Positions 35,646 through 49,392 of a stretch of DNA of 64,000 nt are shown piece after piece. The stretch covers positions 413,845 to 477,844 of the forward strand of contig CAVXTW010000015.1 in NCBI GenBank assembly GCA_963764695.1, given 5' to 3'. A program made the translations under genes and the position numbers. Under the pieces are notes generated by a model, which did not search any database, had not been told where the DNA came from, and saw only the letters and a program-made list of their open reading frames with translations. Origin of the DNA: an uncultured delta proteobacterium (GTDB lineage: Bacteria > Myxococcota_A > Polyangia > Haliangiales > Haliangiaceae). Each line of letters starts with the position of its first letter. Position 1 is the first letter of the stretch.

Positions 35646-36407
35646 ATGGCGCAGTACGGGCGCGGACGCGGACCGGGTCGTTTCAGGCAGATGTTCGCCC
35701 AGGCGCGCATCACGCAGGGCGCCCTGTACCTCCTGTTCGTCAGCGCCGGGCTGTCGTTCGTCTATCTCCTCGGCGGCGACGAGGTGAAGGCCCGCATGGG
35801 CTCCCTCATGGTCGCCACCGGGTACAGCCTGTGGGGCGAGCTCAAGCTGTGGCAGCTGGCCACCAGCCCGCTCATCGAGATCGACTTCATCTCGCTCCTC
35901 TTCCAGGGCTTCGCGCTGTGGATGTTCCTGCCCGCGCTCGAGCGCTGGTGGGGGATCAAGCGCTTCCTCACGTTCGCGGCGGTGACGTCGGTGGTCGGCG
36001 TGGTGGTCGGGTCGCTCGTCGGCGTGCTGCTGGGCGGCGGCTCCGAGATGGTCCCCCTGGCCGGGCTCGATCCGTTCGTGTTCGCCGGCATCGTGGCGTA
36101 CGGGATCTTGTTCGCGCACCAGCAGGTGCAGTTCTTCGGCGTCCTGCCAATGACCGGGCGCCAGCTGACCTGGGGCATCATCGCGTTCGTCGGGCTGTTC
36201 GTCGTGCTCGGCCAGGCCTGGGTCGAGGGCGCGGCCATGGCCGCCGCGATGATCACCGCGTGGGCGATGACGTCGCAGCGCGCCTCGCCCCGCCTGTGGT
36301 TTCTCAAGATGAAGCAGGAGCGCCTGCGCCGCCGCAGCCACCTCAAGGTGGTCGGCGGGGACGAGCGCGGCGGCAAGAAGAAGAACGAGAAGCGCTGGAT
36401 GAACTGA
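35646..36407 (+). CDS. Polytopic membrane protein, weakly rhomboid-like (GYSLWG / AHQQVQFFG)
   Basis: 6-7 hydrophobic helices and a C-terminal Lys/Arg-rich tail. Protease motifs are degenerate, so the family call is tentative. Confidence 0.45.
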   Translation: MAQYGRGRGPGRFRQMFAQARITQGALYLLFVSAGLSFVYLLGGDEVKARMGSLMVATGYSLWGELKLWQLATSPLIEIDFISLLFQGFALWMFLPALERWWGIKRFLTFAAVTSVVGVVVGSLVGVLLGGGSEMVPLAGLDPFVFAGIVAYGILFAHQQVQFFGVLPMTGRQLTWGIIAFVGLFVVLGQAWVEGAAMAAAMITAWAMTSQRASPRLWFLKMKQERLRRRSHLKVVGGDERGGKKKNEKRWMN

Positions 36408-36489
36408 CGCGCAGCTGTCCCGAGCCACGGGCAGCGCGGGTCTGCGTCGATTGACCTCTATCTGAGGCCCACGCTAGTCTGGCCTGGCG

Positions 36490-37980
<1,491 letters not shown>

Positions 37981-37997
37981 CCCGGCGCCGCCGCGGT

Positions 37998-40088
37998 TCA
38001 GGGATCGCTGCTGGTCGTCTCCTCGTCGGAGAAGGCGTCCATGATCGGGCTGGCGCGGCGGGAGCCGAGCAGCGCGGCCGGTCGCTGCGCATCGTCGGCG
38101 GCCCGGGCCTCGTTGGCCGCGGCGCGCATCTCGTCGTCGCGCTCCGTCGTGGCGGTGCCGATGGCCAGATCGGCGGCGCGCAGGGCGCGGCCGATGCGGC
38201 CCGGCCGGGTCGGCTCGGCGATGTCGGAGTCCGGTGCATCGCCGTCGCCGTCAACCGGATCGCCGTGCACCGACGGATCGGGCACCAGGACCACGGCCGG
38301 CACGTCGGCCCAGCGCCGGCGTCCCGCGGCGCGCACCACCCGGCGCACCGACGAGCGCAGCTGCGGGAACGGCGGGCCGGGCCGGGCCAGGAAGTAGCCC
38401 TGCCCGTAGCGCACGCCCACGTCGCACAGCACGGTCAGATCCTCCGGGCCCTCGATCCCCTCGGCCACGATGACCGCGTCGATCGCCTCGGCGATGCGCT
38501 GCAGCGAGCGCACCATCTCGCGCTTCACCGTCGACTTCGACACGCCGCGGGTCAGCACGTCGCTGAGCTTGATGAAGTCCGGGCGCAGCGCCATCACCGT
38601 CTCGAGGTTGGAGTGGCGGGTGCCGACGTCGTCGATGGCCACGCCGAAGCCGGCCCGGGTGTAGCCGGCCAGCGCCTGGCGGAACGACGCGAAGTTCTCG
38701 ATGGCCAGCTTCTCGGTGATCTCGAAGACGACGTTGGCCGGCGTGAGCTCGGCGGCGGCGAGGAGATTGGCCACCTCGCTCTCGATGAAGGAGCTGTCGT
38801 AGAACGACGTCGGCAGGAGATTCACGAACAGTCGGTGCACCGGCTCCAGCCCGGCCGCGCCGACGAGCGCGCTGCGAAAGCATGCCCGGTCGAGCTCGAA
38901 GGTGAGCTCCACCTCGTCGGCCACCGAGAACAGCGCGGTCGGCGACTCCAGCGAGCTGTCGCGCGGCCCGCGGGCCAGCGCCTCGAAGCCGAAGATGGTG
39001 CCCGACGCCATGTCCACGATCGGCTGGTAGACCGACTGCAGCATCCCGCGCAGGATGATTTCTTGTAGATGCGTGCGGTGGCGCTGGATGGCGCGCTCGC
39101 GGTGGAGCAGCGCCGAGCGGTGCGCCTCGCCGACAAGGCGGACCAGCAGACGATCCGGGCGCACCATCGGATTGTCGAGGACGCGCGAGAACCCGACCAT
39201 CACGCGCGGCTGCTCGCGGGTGAAGCCGGCCAGCGCGTCGGACAGCGAGCGCTCGAGGTTGGCCTCCACGCGCGAGGCGATGGCCTCGAGGTCAACAGGC
39301 GATCCGCGGTCGTCGCGCGGCGAGGCCAGGAAGCAAAGGTAGCCGTCCGAGTCCTCGGTGCGGCAGATGAGGTCGTCGCGGCGCAGACGATCGCCGCGCA
39401 TGCGATCGAGCAGATCGCCCGCGCGCGCCATCACGTCGGCGTGATGGGTCGGACCGAGCTCGCGCTCGACCTCGCGCAGGTGCGACAGGTCGACGAACAG
39501 GCACGCCATCGACCGATCGCGGCGCAGGCTGGCCGCGATGTCGGAGAGCCGCACGTGATACGTGGTGAACCGTTCGGGACGCGGCGCCACGTCGCTGCCG
39601 AGCGCGGTGCGGCGACCGAACACAGGCGAGCTGTCCGCGTCGGCCTGCGCCTGCGCCGCGCGCGCGTCGCGCTTGCAGCGAAACCAGTCGCTCAGTCGCT
39701 CGAGCAGCTGCAGGAGCGAATCGCCGAGCGGCCACTCGCTCTCGATGTGGTGCGGCCGGCAGCCGTTGACCGCGGCGACCATCGCGCGCTCGCCATCGTG
39801 GGTCTCGCGGTTCGACTCAGGCGCCACAAGCACGCGCCTGCAATCGGGGCGCAGCTTGCGAACCTCGGTCAAGATGCTCGCGCCGTCGATCACCGGCGGT
39901 TGATGAAGTGCGATCACGACCGCGAGATCTGGCTCTGCGCGCATCGCGGCGAGCGCGCTCTCCGCGTCGATCGCAGTCACGAGACGAAAGCGCCGGCGCA
40001 CGAGAGAGGCGAACCTCTCCAGTTCTCCCACCTCGTGAGCCACCACCAGGACGACCGCCCCCCCGGGCGGTGTGACATGGGACAACAT
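37998..40088 (-). CDS. Response-regulator receiver / degenerate GGDEF / EAL-domain protein (c-di-GMP phosphodiesterase type)
   Basis: N-terminal REC-like domain; EAL motifs FEALAR, EITE, DDVGT, EGIE, GQGY in the C-terminal third; acidic C-terminal tail. Confidence 0.8.
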   Translation of the reverse strand: MLSHVTPPGGAVVLVVAHEVGELERFASLVRRRFRLVTAIDAESALAAMRAEPDLAVVIALHQPPVIDGASILTEVRKLRPDCRRVLVAPESNRETHDGERAMVAAVNGCRPHHIESEWPLGDSLLQLLERLSDWFRCKRDARAAQAQADADSSPVFGRRTALGSDVAPRPERFTTYHVRLSDIAASLRRDRSMACLFVDLSHLREVERELGPTHHADVMARAGDLLDRMRGDRLRRDDLICRTEDSDGYLCFLASPRDDRGSPVDLEAIASRVEANLERSLSDALAGFTREQPRVMVGFSRVLDNPMVRPDRLLVRLVGEAHRSALLHRERAIQRHRTHLQEIILRGMLQSVYQPIVDMASGTIFGFEALARGPRDSSLESPTALFSVADEVELTFELDRACFRSALVGAAGLEPVHRLFVNLLPTSFYDSSFIESEVANLLAAAELTPANVVFEITEKLAIENFASFRQALAGYTRAGFGVAIDDVGTRHSNLETVMALRPDFIKLSDVLTRGVSKSTVKREMVRSLQRIAEAIDAVIVAEGIEGPEDLTVLCDVGVRYGQGYFLARPGPPFPQLRSSVRRVVRAAGRRRWADVPAVVLVPDPSVHGDPVDGDGDAPDSDIAEPTRPGRIGRALRAADLAIGTATTERDDEMRAAANEARAADDAQRPAALLGSRRASPIMDAFSDEETTSSDP

Positions 40089-40260
40089 GGGCGTAGGCGT
40101 TCGATTGTATACGAGCGCCTGCTGCAGCCCTCATACGCACGAAAAATATTCGTGAACGCACATCGTGCATCGCTGTACGCCAACCGAGGGTGATGGCGGT
40201 GTGTACCGGCGATGTCGGCGGCGATGCCGGCGCCGATGCCGCCGGTGATGCCGGCGCCGA

Positions 40261-41397
40261 TCAGAGGCCGAGGATCTGGATGTCCAGGGCGCGCTCGAGC
40301 AGCCAGATGAAGGCGAGGCCCCCGAGCAGAAAGGCGGCGATCGGAAGAACCGTGCGGCGATAGCGCGCGGCTCCGATCGCCCGGGTCAGCCCGAACAGGA
40401 GCGGAAGGGCGACCAGGACGATGCCGAGCTGGCCGAGCTCGACGCCGAGGTTGAAGGCGAGCAGCGGGAGCACCACGTCCTCGGGCGGCAGGAGCGGCCG
40501 CAGCATCGACGCGAAGCCGAGTCCGTGCACCAGCCCGAACAGGAAGGTGATGACGTAGCGGCGCGGCGGATCCAGCCGCACGGCGTTGTCGACCGCGACG
40601 TAAAGGATCGAGGCGGCGATGACGCTCTCGACCAGGCGGCCGGGCAGCTCGATCCATCCCAGCGCCGCGGCGATGAGCGTGATCGAGTGCGCGACGGTGA
40701 AGGAGGTGACGATGGTGCCGGCGTAGACGAGCGCGTCGCGCCCGGGGCGCACCGTCGCCTGGGTCTGGCCCGGACCGGCGCGGGTGATCACCGCCATGAG
40801 CAAGAGCGAGAGTAGAAACAGGATGTGGTCGAGGCCGTACAGGATGTGCTCGACCCCGCTCTCGACGAAGCCGAGCAGTCCGGACGGCGCGTCGCCGCCC
40901 AGGTGCCAGACCAGGCGGGTGTCGTCGGGTGCGCTCAGCCGCGCGGACGCGCCGTCAACCGCGACGAAGCCGATGTGGCGCGGATCGAGATCGTAGAAGA
41001 GATCGTAGTCGAGCGCGAAGTCGCGGATAGCGGCCGGACAGGTCACGTCCATGACCGCGCGGGCGAAGCGCTGGCTCTGCTCGACAGTCTCGAGGCTGGT
41101 CAGCGCGGCGCGGCACGGGCGGCCGTCGGCCTCGAAGTCGATGCGCTCCATCAGATAGGCGGCCAGGCAATCCTCGCCGCCCGCGATCTCGGCGGCGGTG
41201 GCCTCGCGATCGGAGTCGAGCGACAGCGCCTCGAACAGGTCGCGCGCCGCGATCAGGATCTCGTAGCGCACGCGCGCCGGATCCGGCGTGGCCTCGAGCC
41301 GGGCGTAGGTCGCCGAGGCCTGGTGCGCCTCCGCGGGGCGCGCTCCGGCCACCAGCGCCAGCGCGGCGGCCGCCATGGCGGCGAGGGAGGTCCGCAT
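40261..41397 (-). CDS. HupE/UreJ-family membrane protein with periplasmic N-terminal domain
   Basis: Signal MRTSLAAMAAAALALVAGARPAEA, then His-rich TM helices (HILYGLDHILFLLSLLLM..., FLFGLVHGLGFA). The start is the internal Met at 41397. Confidence 0.6.
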   Translation of the reverse strand: MRTSLAAMAAAALALVAGARPAEAHQASATYARLEATPDPARVRYEILIAARDLFEALSLDSDREATAAEIAGGEDCLAAYLMERIDFEADGRPCRAALTSLETVEQSQRFARAVMDVTCPAAIRDFALDYDLFYDLDPRHIGFVAVDGASARLSAPDDTRLVWHLGGDAPSGLLGFVESGVEHILYGLDHILFLLSLLLMAVITRAGPGQTQATVRPGRDALVYAGTIVTSFTVAHSITLIAAALGWIELPGRLVESVIAASILYVAVDNAVRLDPPRRYVITFLFGLVHGLGFASMLRPLLPPEDVVLPLLAFNLGVELGQLGIVLVALPLLFGLTRAIGAARYRRTVLPIAAFLLGGLAFIWLLERALDIQILGL

Positions 41398-41425
41398 CGC
41401 CGGAATGTTATATCTTTGCCGTCGC

Positions 41426-42841
<1,416 letters not shown>

Positions 42842-43075
42842 GAAGAGTGACCCCGGCGGGGCGCCCGGGAGGTTCGTGGGCGCGGCACCCATGGACACCG
42901 ATACGCCGGGAACGCCGCGCTGGATCGGTGTCACGGCGGCGTGGAGCCTGACGACAGCCAGATGGCGGCGTCGCGATTCTCGACATCGCAAGCGGTCGAG
43001 ATCGCGCGAAAAGCCGCCGGCACGGCCGCTGCATTGAGAGCCGGGACAACCGTCGTGCCTCTGGAGGGCTTCTCA

Positions 43076-44017
43076 ATGTTTTCGCGCAAGGTTCTGTCGC
43101 CGTTTCTCGCCGCCGCGCTCATGGCCGGCTGCGTGACCACCCAGGAAGAGACCCCGATCGTCAACGCGCTGCCCACGGCAGAGTCGGTGCAGATCAGGCT
43201 GCCGCAGGCAACGGCGCGATCGATCGGCCAGCTGGCCGACTACTACGTGCTGACCCGCCAGGTCACGCGCGACCTGAACGCCGGCGCCGCGTGGGTGCTG
43301 CTGGTCGTGCACGCGGTGGTGCAGTTCCCCGCCACCACGATCGAGGACAACGTCTACACCTGGGGGCCGTGGAGCGACGGCGCGCTCGACCCGGCCGAGT
43401 GGCAGCTCGTCGTGACCGCCAACGACGACGACACCTACGACTGGCAGCTCGAGGGCCGCAGCAAGTCCACGCCGGAGGACGGCTTCATCGCTGTCATCAG
43501 CGGCCACGCGGTGCCGGGCGACGAGCCGCATCGCGGCACCGGCGACTTCACCATCGACTTCGACGCCGGCGAGCGGGTCAACCCGATCGACAACACGCCG
43601 GACACCGGCCTGGTCAACGTGAGCTACGACCTCGAGAACCGCGACGGCACCGCCGCCAGCGTGACCATCCACGCCGAGGGCGTCGATTCGCTGGCCAACC
43701 CGGCCACGTTCGACTACTCGTACGCCGAGAACGACGACGGCTCGGGCGACTTCCAGTTCGCGCTCGAGGGCGATCTGGAGGAGAACGGCAGCTCCTCCGA
43801 GCAGGCCCTCATCCGCTCGCGCTGGCTCGCCGACGGCACCGGCCGCGCCGACGCGCTGCTTTCGGCCGGCGACCTGGGCGATCTCGAGGTCGAGGCCAGC
43901 GAGTGCTGGGACGAGCAGTTCGAGCGCACCTACTACACCGACTCGGTCAACTTCTCGCCGACCGAGGGTGACCCGGCCAGCTGCGCCTACGACGAGGTCG
44001 CGCTGCCCGCGTTCTGA
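43076..44017 (+). CDS. Lipoprotein, hypothetical
   Basis: MFSRKVLSPFLAAALMAGC lipobox; acidic body. Confidence 0.5.
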   Translation: MFSRKVLSPFLAAALMAGCVTTQEETPIVNALPTAESVQIRLPQATARSIGQLADYYVLTRQVTRDLNAGAAWVLLVVHAVVQFPATTIEDNVYTWGPWSDGALDPAEWQLVVTANDDDTYDWQLEGRSKSTPEDGFIAVISGHAVPGDEPHRGTGDFTIDFDAGERVNPIDNTPDTGLVNVSYDLENRDGTAASVTIHAEGVDSLANPATFDYSYAENDDGSGDFQFALEGDLEENGSSSEQALIRSRWLADGTGRADALLSAGDLGDLEVEASECWDEQFERTYYTDSVNFSPTEGDPASCAYDEVALPAF

Positions 44018-44114
44018 TCGTTCTTGAAAGTGTTTTTTTCGGCCCCGGAGCGCCCGCTTGACGCCTGCTGACGCGGCGTGTTACCAAGCCGATCGTTTCA
44101 ATCGGAGGACGAAG

Positions 44115-44468
44115 ATGGCCCAGATGCCCAAGGACGCCAAGGAGCTGTTCGACGTGCTGGTTCCCGAGGCGATCAAGAAGTTCCCGGACAAGGCGAAGGA
44201 AGTCAACGCGATCTATTGCTTCAAGATCACCGGTGACGGCGGCGGCACCTGGACCCTGAACCTCACCTCCGACCCGCCCACCTGCGTGCAGGGCGACACC
44301 GGCAACGGCCAGTGCACCGTCGAGGTCGCGCACGAGGACTTCAAGAGCATGTTCACCGATCCGCAGGTCGGGATGCAGCTCTACTTCCAGGGCAAGCTGA
44401 AGGTGTCGGGCGACCCGATGCTCGCGATGAAGCTGCAGCAGGTCTTCGACATGGCGCGGCCGGCGTAG
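44115..44468 (+). CDS. SCP2 sterol-carrier-like domain protein
   Basis: [17 protein letters not shown]...[13 protein letters not shown] is the SCP2 pattern. Confidence 0.7.
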   Translation: MAQMPKDAKELFDVLVPEAIKKFPDKAKEVNAIYCFKITGDGGGTWTLNLTSDPPTCVQGDTGNGQCTVEVAHEDFKSMFTDPQVGMQLYFQGKLKVSGDPMLAMKLQQVFDMARPA

Positions 44469-44554
44469 CTGGTCTACCTCACGAGAACCGTGCAGCGTCG
44501 CGGGCGGGTGGCCATCCGGTCATCCGCCCGTTCGCATATGTGGAGGCGATGATC

Positions 44555-45712
44555 ATGGATGCGACCGCTCGACCGCTCGACGGGATCCGCGTGCTCGATC
44601 TCTCGCGGCTGTTGCCGGGCCCGTTCCTCACCATGGTGCTGGGAGACATGGGCGCCGACGTGGTGAAGATCGAGGACCCGCGCATCGGCGACTACATGCG
44701 CCAGATCCCGCCGGTCAAGGCCGGCATGTCGGGGCGCTTTCTGGCCGTCAATCGCGGCAAGCGCTCGCTCGCCCTCGACCTCAAGAGCGAACGCGGGCGC
44801 GACGCCTTCTTGAAGATGGTCGAGCGCGCCGACGTGGTCATCGAGAGCTTCCGGCCCGGCGTGATGGCTCGGCTCGGCGTCGGCTGGGAGGCGCTCGAGC
44901 GGCGCAACCCGCGCATCGTGCTGTGCTCGATCTCCGGCTACGGCCAGGACGGTCCGTACGTGGAGCGCGCCGGGCACGACCTCAACTACATCGGGCTGGC
45001 CGGCGTGCTGGCCATGGGCGGGGCCGCGGCCGGATCGCCGGCGATGCCGGGCGTGCAGATCGCCGACCTGGCCGGCGGCGCGCTGTGGGGCGCGACCGCG
45101 GTGCTGGGCGCCCTTGTCGGCCGCGGCACCACCGGACGCGGCGCGCACCTGGACATCTCGATGACCGAGGGCGCGCTCGCGCTGCTGTGCGCCGAGATGG
45201 GCAACCTGGACTCGGGCGGCGGCGTGCCGACGCGGGGCCGCGCCACCCTCAACGGCGGCCTGGCCTGCTACGGCGTGTACGAGACCGGCGACGGCAAGCA
45301 CCTCTCGGTCGGCGCCCTGGAGCCGAAATTCTGGCTCGCCTTCAACCGCGCCATCGGCCGCCGCGAGGACGTGAGCGAGCTGGTCGCGCCACCCGAGCGC
45401 CAGGAGAAGGTGCGCGCCGAGGTGCAGGCGATCCTGCGCACGCGCACGCGCGACCAGTGGGCCGAGATCCTCGCCGCCCACGACTGCTGCTGCGAGCCGG
45501 TGCTCGAGATGGACGAGGTCCTGGAGCATCCGCTGCACAGGGCACGCCACGTCTTCACCCAGGTGCAGGCAGGGGCCGACCAGGTGCTCCAGGTCCGCAC
45601 GCCGGTCGGCCCGGCCCGCACCGACCGCCTCGCCCCGCGCCTCGGCGAGCACAGCCGCGAGGTGCTGGCCGAGTACGGCTTCGACGAGACCGAGATCGCC
45701 GCGCTCTGCTGA
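44555..45712 (+). CDS. CoA-transferase family III protein (CaiB/BaiF / alpha-methylacyl-CoA racemase-like)
   Basis: [31 protein letters not shown]...[15 protein letters not shown], with the family's catalytic Asp region. Confidence 0.85.
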   Translation: MDATARPLDGIRVLDLSRLLPGPFLTMVLGDMGADVVKIEDPRIGDYMRQIPPVKAGMSGRFLAVNRGKRSLALDLKSERGRDAFLKMVERADVVIESFRPGVMARLGVGWEALERRNPRIVLCSISGYGQDGPYVERAGHDLNYIGLAGVLAMGGAAAGSPAMPGVQIADLAGGALWGATAVLGALVGRGTTGRGAHLDISMTEGALALLCAEMGNLDSGGGVPTRGRATLNGGLACYGVYETGDGKHLSVGALEPKFWLAFNRAIGRREDVSELVAPPERQEKVRAEVQAILRTRTRDQWAEILAAHDCCCEPVLEMDEVLEHPLHRARHVFTQVQAGADQVLQVRTPVGPARTDRLAPRLGEHSREVLAEYGFDETEIAALC

Positions 45713-45719
45713 GGGCGGT

Positions 45720-46223
45720 CTAGAACGCCGCCTCGTCACTCTCGTCCGGCATCGGGTGCAATGTCAGCGTGGCCGAGATGCCGCCCGCCGTGCAGGTGCC
45801 GCGGCCGATCTGCAGGCGCTCCGCGGTCAGATCGATCACGCACTGCTCGCCACGGTGCTCTGCGATGAGCGCGCTGCCCGGGACCACGCGGATCTCGGCG
45901 ACCTTCGGGTCTGCGGTGGTCAGGATCCGCGCCTCGAGCTCACTGTAGTAGACCTCCACGCGCGGAAACAGACAGGCCGGCTCGTCCGAGCACTCGCGGT
46001 CGCGGCCCGGCATGTTGACGTGCAGCCGCACCTGGTAGTCGCGATCGAACGCGGGCCGGCACGCCATCTCCATGCAGACCGTATCCTCGGTGCAGATCGT
46101 CCGCAGATCGGGGCACGCCTCGATGTGCTCCCGTGCGTCCGGTTGGTCAACGGTCACGGCGTCGCTGCAGCCGGATGCAGGGAAGGCGAGCATTGCCGCC
46201 AGAAAGATGTTTCTCGTAGTCAT
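45720..46223 (-). CDS. Cys-rich lipoprotein, paralog A (167 aa)
   Basis: MTTRNIFLAAMLAFPASGC lipobox; 12 Cys; SD AGGAG upstream. Confidence 0.55.
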   Translation of the reverse strand: MTTRNIFLAAMLAFPASGCSDAVTVDQPDAREHIEACPDLRTICTEDTVCMEMACRPAFDRDYQVRLHVNMPGRDRECSDEPACLFPRVEVYYSELEARILTTADPKVAEIRVVPGSALIAEHRGEQCVIDLTAERLQIGRGTCTAGGISATLTLHPMPDESDEAAF

Positions 46224-46249
46224 TTGTTTCTCCTGATGCGGGCGCAGGG

Positions 46250-46705
46250 TCAGAGCGGCATCGGGTCCAGCACCATCGTGACTCCCACGTTGGTGCCGTG
46301 GCAGACGACGAAGCCGGTGCGCAGGCGCTCCGCCGTGAGCTCGACCGCGCACTGCTCGGACTCGGACTCGAAGTCGACGATCAACGAGCTGCCGGATCTC
46401 ACGTCGATCTCGGCGTCCTGTGGAATGACCTCCGTGATCGGCTCTGCGCTGTAGGAAACCGTCACCGGTCCAATCGGGCAGTCCAGTGTCACCGCGCACG
46501 GCAACCCGACGCCGATCCTGTACGCCGTGACGTGCACCTTGTAGGCGCGGTCGAATGCCGGCTCGCACTCCGCCTCGCCACAGATCGTGTCCCCGGCGCA
46601 CTCCATCCCCCGCTCCTCGCAGATGGATGGCTCGGGGCCTTCCTCGCTGCAGCCGGACGCGGACAGGGCCAGAACGGCCGCCAGGACGATGTTGTTCACT
46701 CTCAC
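46250..46705 (-). CDS. Cys-rich lipoprotein, paralog B (151 aa; GTG start)
   Basis: (GTG)RVNNIVLAAVLALSASGC. It is colinear with paralog A including the upstream ttgtt(t/c)ctcctgatgc SD region. Confidence 0.55.
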   Translation of the reverse strand: MRVNNIVLAAVLALSASGCSEEGPEPSICEERGMECAGDTICGEAECEPAFDRAYKVHVTAYRIGVGLPCAVTLDCPIGPVTVSYSAEPITEVIPQDAEIDVRSGSSLIVDFESESEQCAVELTAERLRTGFVVCHGTNVGVTMVLDPMPL

Positions 46706-46987
46706 TTGTTCCTCCTGATGCCGACCGATCGAGAAGCTCAGGTTTCGGTCGGCCCCGGAGTCCACGCGAGAAACGATCGGAGAAAGGACCACCCGTCGGA
46801 GGCGTCTCGATCACCCACCAGAAAAATGTTGGTGGGTTTCACGTGTTCCCCCTGATTGCGAGCCGATCGCGCGCCAAACAATAAATTTGCAGTCGGGCGC
46901 GAGTGCCATGTCGCAAAAGGCCGTCCGAAAGAGCCTCTCCGACAGTGGGGTGTTCATTGCCGGCGAAGAACTCGATGGGGGCTCGTC

Positions 46988-47617
46988 ATGGAGGACAGAG
47001 TGACGCGACCGCTTCAAGCACCCGCGGGTCGACAGGCGCGTTTGGCGCCGTGCTCGGCTCCGTGTGACGCTGCAGTAGCCATGACCGGCACGGGGGGGCC
47101 GCGTGGTCCGGACGATGGTCCGCCCGGTTCGCCCGGGAATGGACTGGCCGAGCATGCGCCCGCGCTGCGCGCGCTCGCCGCGATGCTGTGCCGCAACCCC
47201 GACGGGCGCGAGGACCTGGTCCAGGACACGTTCGAGCGCGCGCTGCGCCATCTATCAGGACCTCACACACCGGTGCGAAACACGCGGGCCTGGCTGGTCG
47301 CGATCCTGCGCAACGTCTTCATCGATCGAAAGCGCGCCGAGCACGCCACGACGGCCGACGTCGAGGACTGCGAGGCGCCGGAACCGGATCCGCAGCCGGC
47401 CTGGGCCGACGTCAACCTGGCGGACGTGCGCGCGGCCTGCCAGGAGATCGACCCGGCTCTGCGGACCGTCTTCGAGCTCCACTACCTGGACGGGCTGCAT
47501 TACCGCGAGATCGCGTTCCGGATGGATGTCCCGGAGAACACCGTGGCGAGTCGCCTGTTCCGGGCCCGCAAGGCCCTTCGGGACCGGCTGCTCGCGAAGT
47601 TGAGGAGGCCGTCGTGA
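46988..47617 (+). CDS. ECF-type RNA polymerase sigma factor
   Basis: Region 2 REDLVQDTFERALRHL...AWLVAILRNVFIDRKR; region 4 ELHYLDGLHYREIAFRMDVPENTVASRLFRARKAL. Confidence 0.75.
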   Translation: MEDRVTRPLQAPAGRQARLAPCSAPCDAAVAMTGTGGPRGPDDGPPGSPGNGLAEHAPALRALAAMLCRNPDGREDLVQDTFERALRHLSGPHTPVRNTRAWLVAILRNVFIDRKRAEHATTADVEDCEAPEPDPQPAWADVNLADVRAACQEIDPALRTVFELHYLDGLHYREIAFRMDVPENTVASRLFRARKALRDRLLAKLRRPS

Positions 47618-49392
47618 GAATCGAACCGAGCGGAGAAGAAATCCAGGCGCTGGTCGACGGCGAGCTGTCGCCAGAGGACGCCGCGAGGGTTCGCTCGGCG
47701 CTTGTCTGCGGAGGAATCCTGCTGCTCGAGCTCGACGAGTGCATGCAGATGGCAGCGCTCGCCTTCGAGCTACGCGAACAGGCCCGTGAGCTGGAGAGCG
47801 CGGTCCAGATCGAAAAGGGCCGCGTGCCCGTCGGTCCGTCCAACGTCATCCCCCTCAAGCGCCCGATCAAGCCGCGAGCGAAGACCTTCATGGCGATGGT
47901 CGCATCACTCGCGATGGCCGGCGCGGCCGCCATGTTCATCTTCCCGCGCCGCGGCCCGTCAGAGCCCGTTGTCGCCGTCGCCGATCCAGCCAGCGCCTTC
48001 GCCGGAGCACTCGCACCACGCCGCTCGATGGCGCCGCGTCTGTCGTGGCCGGCCGCCGATCGATTCCGACCATACGACACGGCCCGAGCCGGCGGCACGG
48101 GGGAACGCCCGGCCGAGGCGCTGTCGTACGAGCTGCTGGGCAAGGTCGAGAAGCTCGGCGATCCGCGTGCCATGACCGCGGCCAAGGTCCTCGGCGGAGA
48201 CACGACCCAGGCCCGCAACCAGCTCGTCCTCGCCAGGCCGTCTCCCGACGCCAGCAGCGACCGCGCGGCCATCGCCCTGGTCGAGGGCAAGCCCGAGGAC
48301 GCCCTGCTCTCCGCGTCCGCAGCGGTCGAGTCGGATCCGCGCCACATCCAGGCGACCTGGAACCGCGCCCTGGCCCTCGAGCGACTGGGCATGCCCCTCA
48401 CGGCAGCCGAAGCATTCGAAGCAGTGGCAGCCCGCCGCGAGCCCGGCTGGAGCCAGGAAGCTTTGGAGCGCGCCACGGCCCTCCGCGCCCAGTTCGAGCG
48501 ACGCAAGTCCGCCTGGGAAGCCGCCAACACCGTCGGAGCCCGCCTCGTCGCCGGCGCCATGGTCAACAACGCGACGCTGGCCGCCTACCCCAGCCTCATG
48601 CGCCGCTACTTCTACGAAGCGGTGCGAACGGCGCCGTCGGCCGACCGCGTGAAGGCACTGCGCCCGATCGCATCGACGCTCGACGCCCGCTTCGGCGGCA
48701 GCCACCTGACCGCCTCCATCGATCGCATCGCAAAGTCCGACTTCCGCCGCCGCGCCCCTCTCGCCGCCCGCTACGCCGTGCTCGCCCGCCGCGAGATGAA
48801 GGACCCGGTCGCGGTGCAGACGCTGCTGCGCGATCTGCGTGCCGCCCGCCAGAAGGACATCCTCCTCGGCGCCCTTCTGCACGCCGGCCCGACCGACTGG
48901 CGACCGGACAAGGCCCAGCTGAACGAGTACCTCGCGCTCGCGCGGGCCAGCACCGATCCATGGTTCCCGCTGGAGGCAGATGTCAATCGCGCCTGGCACG
49001 TGCTCTGGGCTCGTGACTTCCCGCTCGCGGTGACGGTGCTCAGCGGAGCTGCAGCGCGCTGCGACACCGACAGTATCGACGAGCTCTGTCTGGACGTCTT
49101 CCGGCTTCTCACGCACGCCCATCTACAGCTTCATCGCCCTGCCCAGGCGGGGCGAACGCTCGAGAGAGCTCGCGAGCTGGCGCGCGTATCCGCCAACGTC
49201 GCCCGCGATGCAGAACTGCTCGAGTACGCGCAGCTGGTCGCCACCTTCCGCGATCATGTCTCCGGCGACTTGTTCGCCCTGTCAACGGCGTACGTCGACG
49301 AGTGGAGCCGACAGAGCGCGGACTGCGCTGATGTAAGCAAGGCGCACGAGTGGAAGGCGACGGCGCTCATCAACCAGCATCGACATGGATGA
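47614..49392 (+). CDS. Anti-sigma-factor-like N-terminus fused to a long helical/TPR-like domain
   Basis: GTG overlaps the sigma stop (GTGA). The N-terminus VRIEPSGEEIQALVDGELSPEDAARVRSAL is an anti-sigma hallmark. It has a TM helix MAMVASLAMAGAAAMFIF and ~480 aa of helical repeats. Confidence 0.6.
   Translation: MRIEPSGEEIQALVDGELSPEDAARVRSALVCGGILLLELDECMQMAALAFELREQARELESAVQIEKGRVPVGPSNVIPLKRPIKPRAKTFMAMVASLAMAGAAAMFIFPRRGPSEPVVAVADPASAFAGALAPRRSMAPRLSWPAADRFRPYDTARAGGTGERPAEALSYELLGKVEKLGDPRAMTAAKVLGGDTTQARNQLVLARPSPDASSDRAAIALVEGKPEDALLSASAAVESDPRHIQATWNRALALERLGMPLTAAEAFEAVAARREPGWSQEALERATALRAQFERRKSAWEAANTVGARLVAGAMVNNATLAAYPSLMRRYFYEAVRTAPSADRVKALRPIASTLDARFGGSHLTASIDRIAKSDFRRRAPLAARYAVLARREMKDPVAVQTLLRDLRAARQKDILLGALLHAGPTDWRPDKAQLNEYLALARASTDPWFPLEADVNRAWHVLWARDFPLAVTVLSGAAARCDTDSIDELCLDVFRLLTHAHLQLHRPAQAGRTLERARELARVSANVARDAELLEYAQLVATFRDHVSGDLFALSTAYVDEWSRQSADCADVSKAHEWKATALINQHRHG

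Noticed and set aside
40200-40260. Short GATGCCGGCGCC-type 12-nt repeats downstream of the HupE-like gene
   Set aside because: Only ~3 imperfect copies in a GC-rich spacer. This is more likely a compositional artefact than a functional repeat.
44474-45739. 421-aa minus ORF antisense to the CoA-transferase gene
   Set aside because: It is a mirror ORF of a well-supported plus-strand gene and has no motifs.
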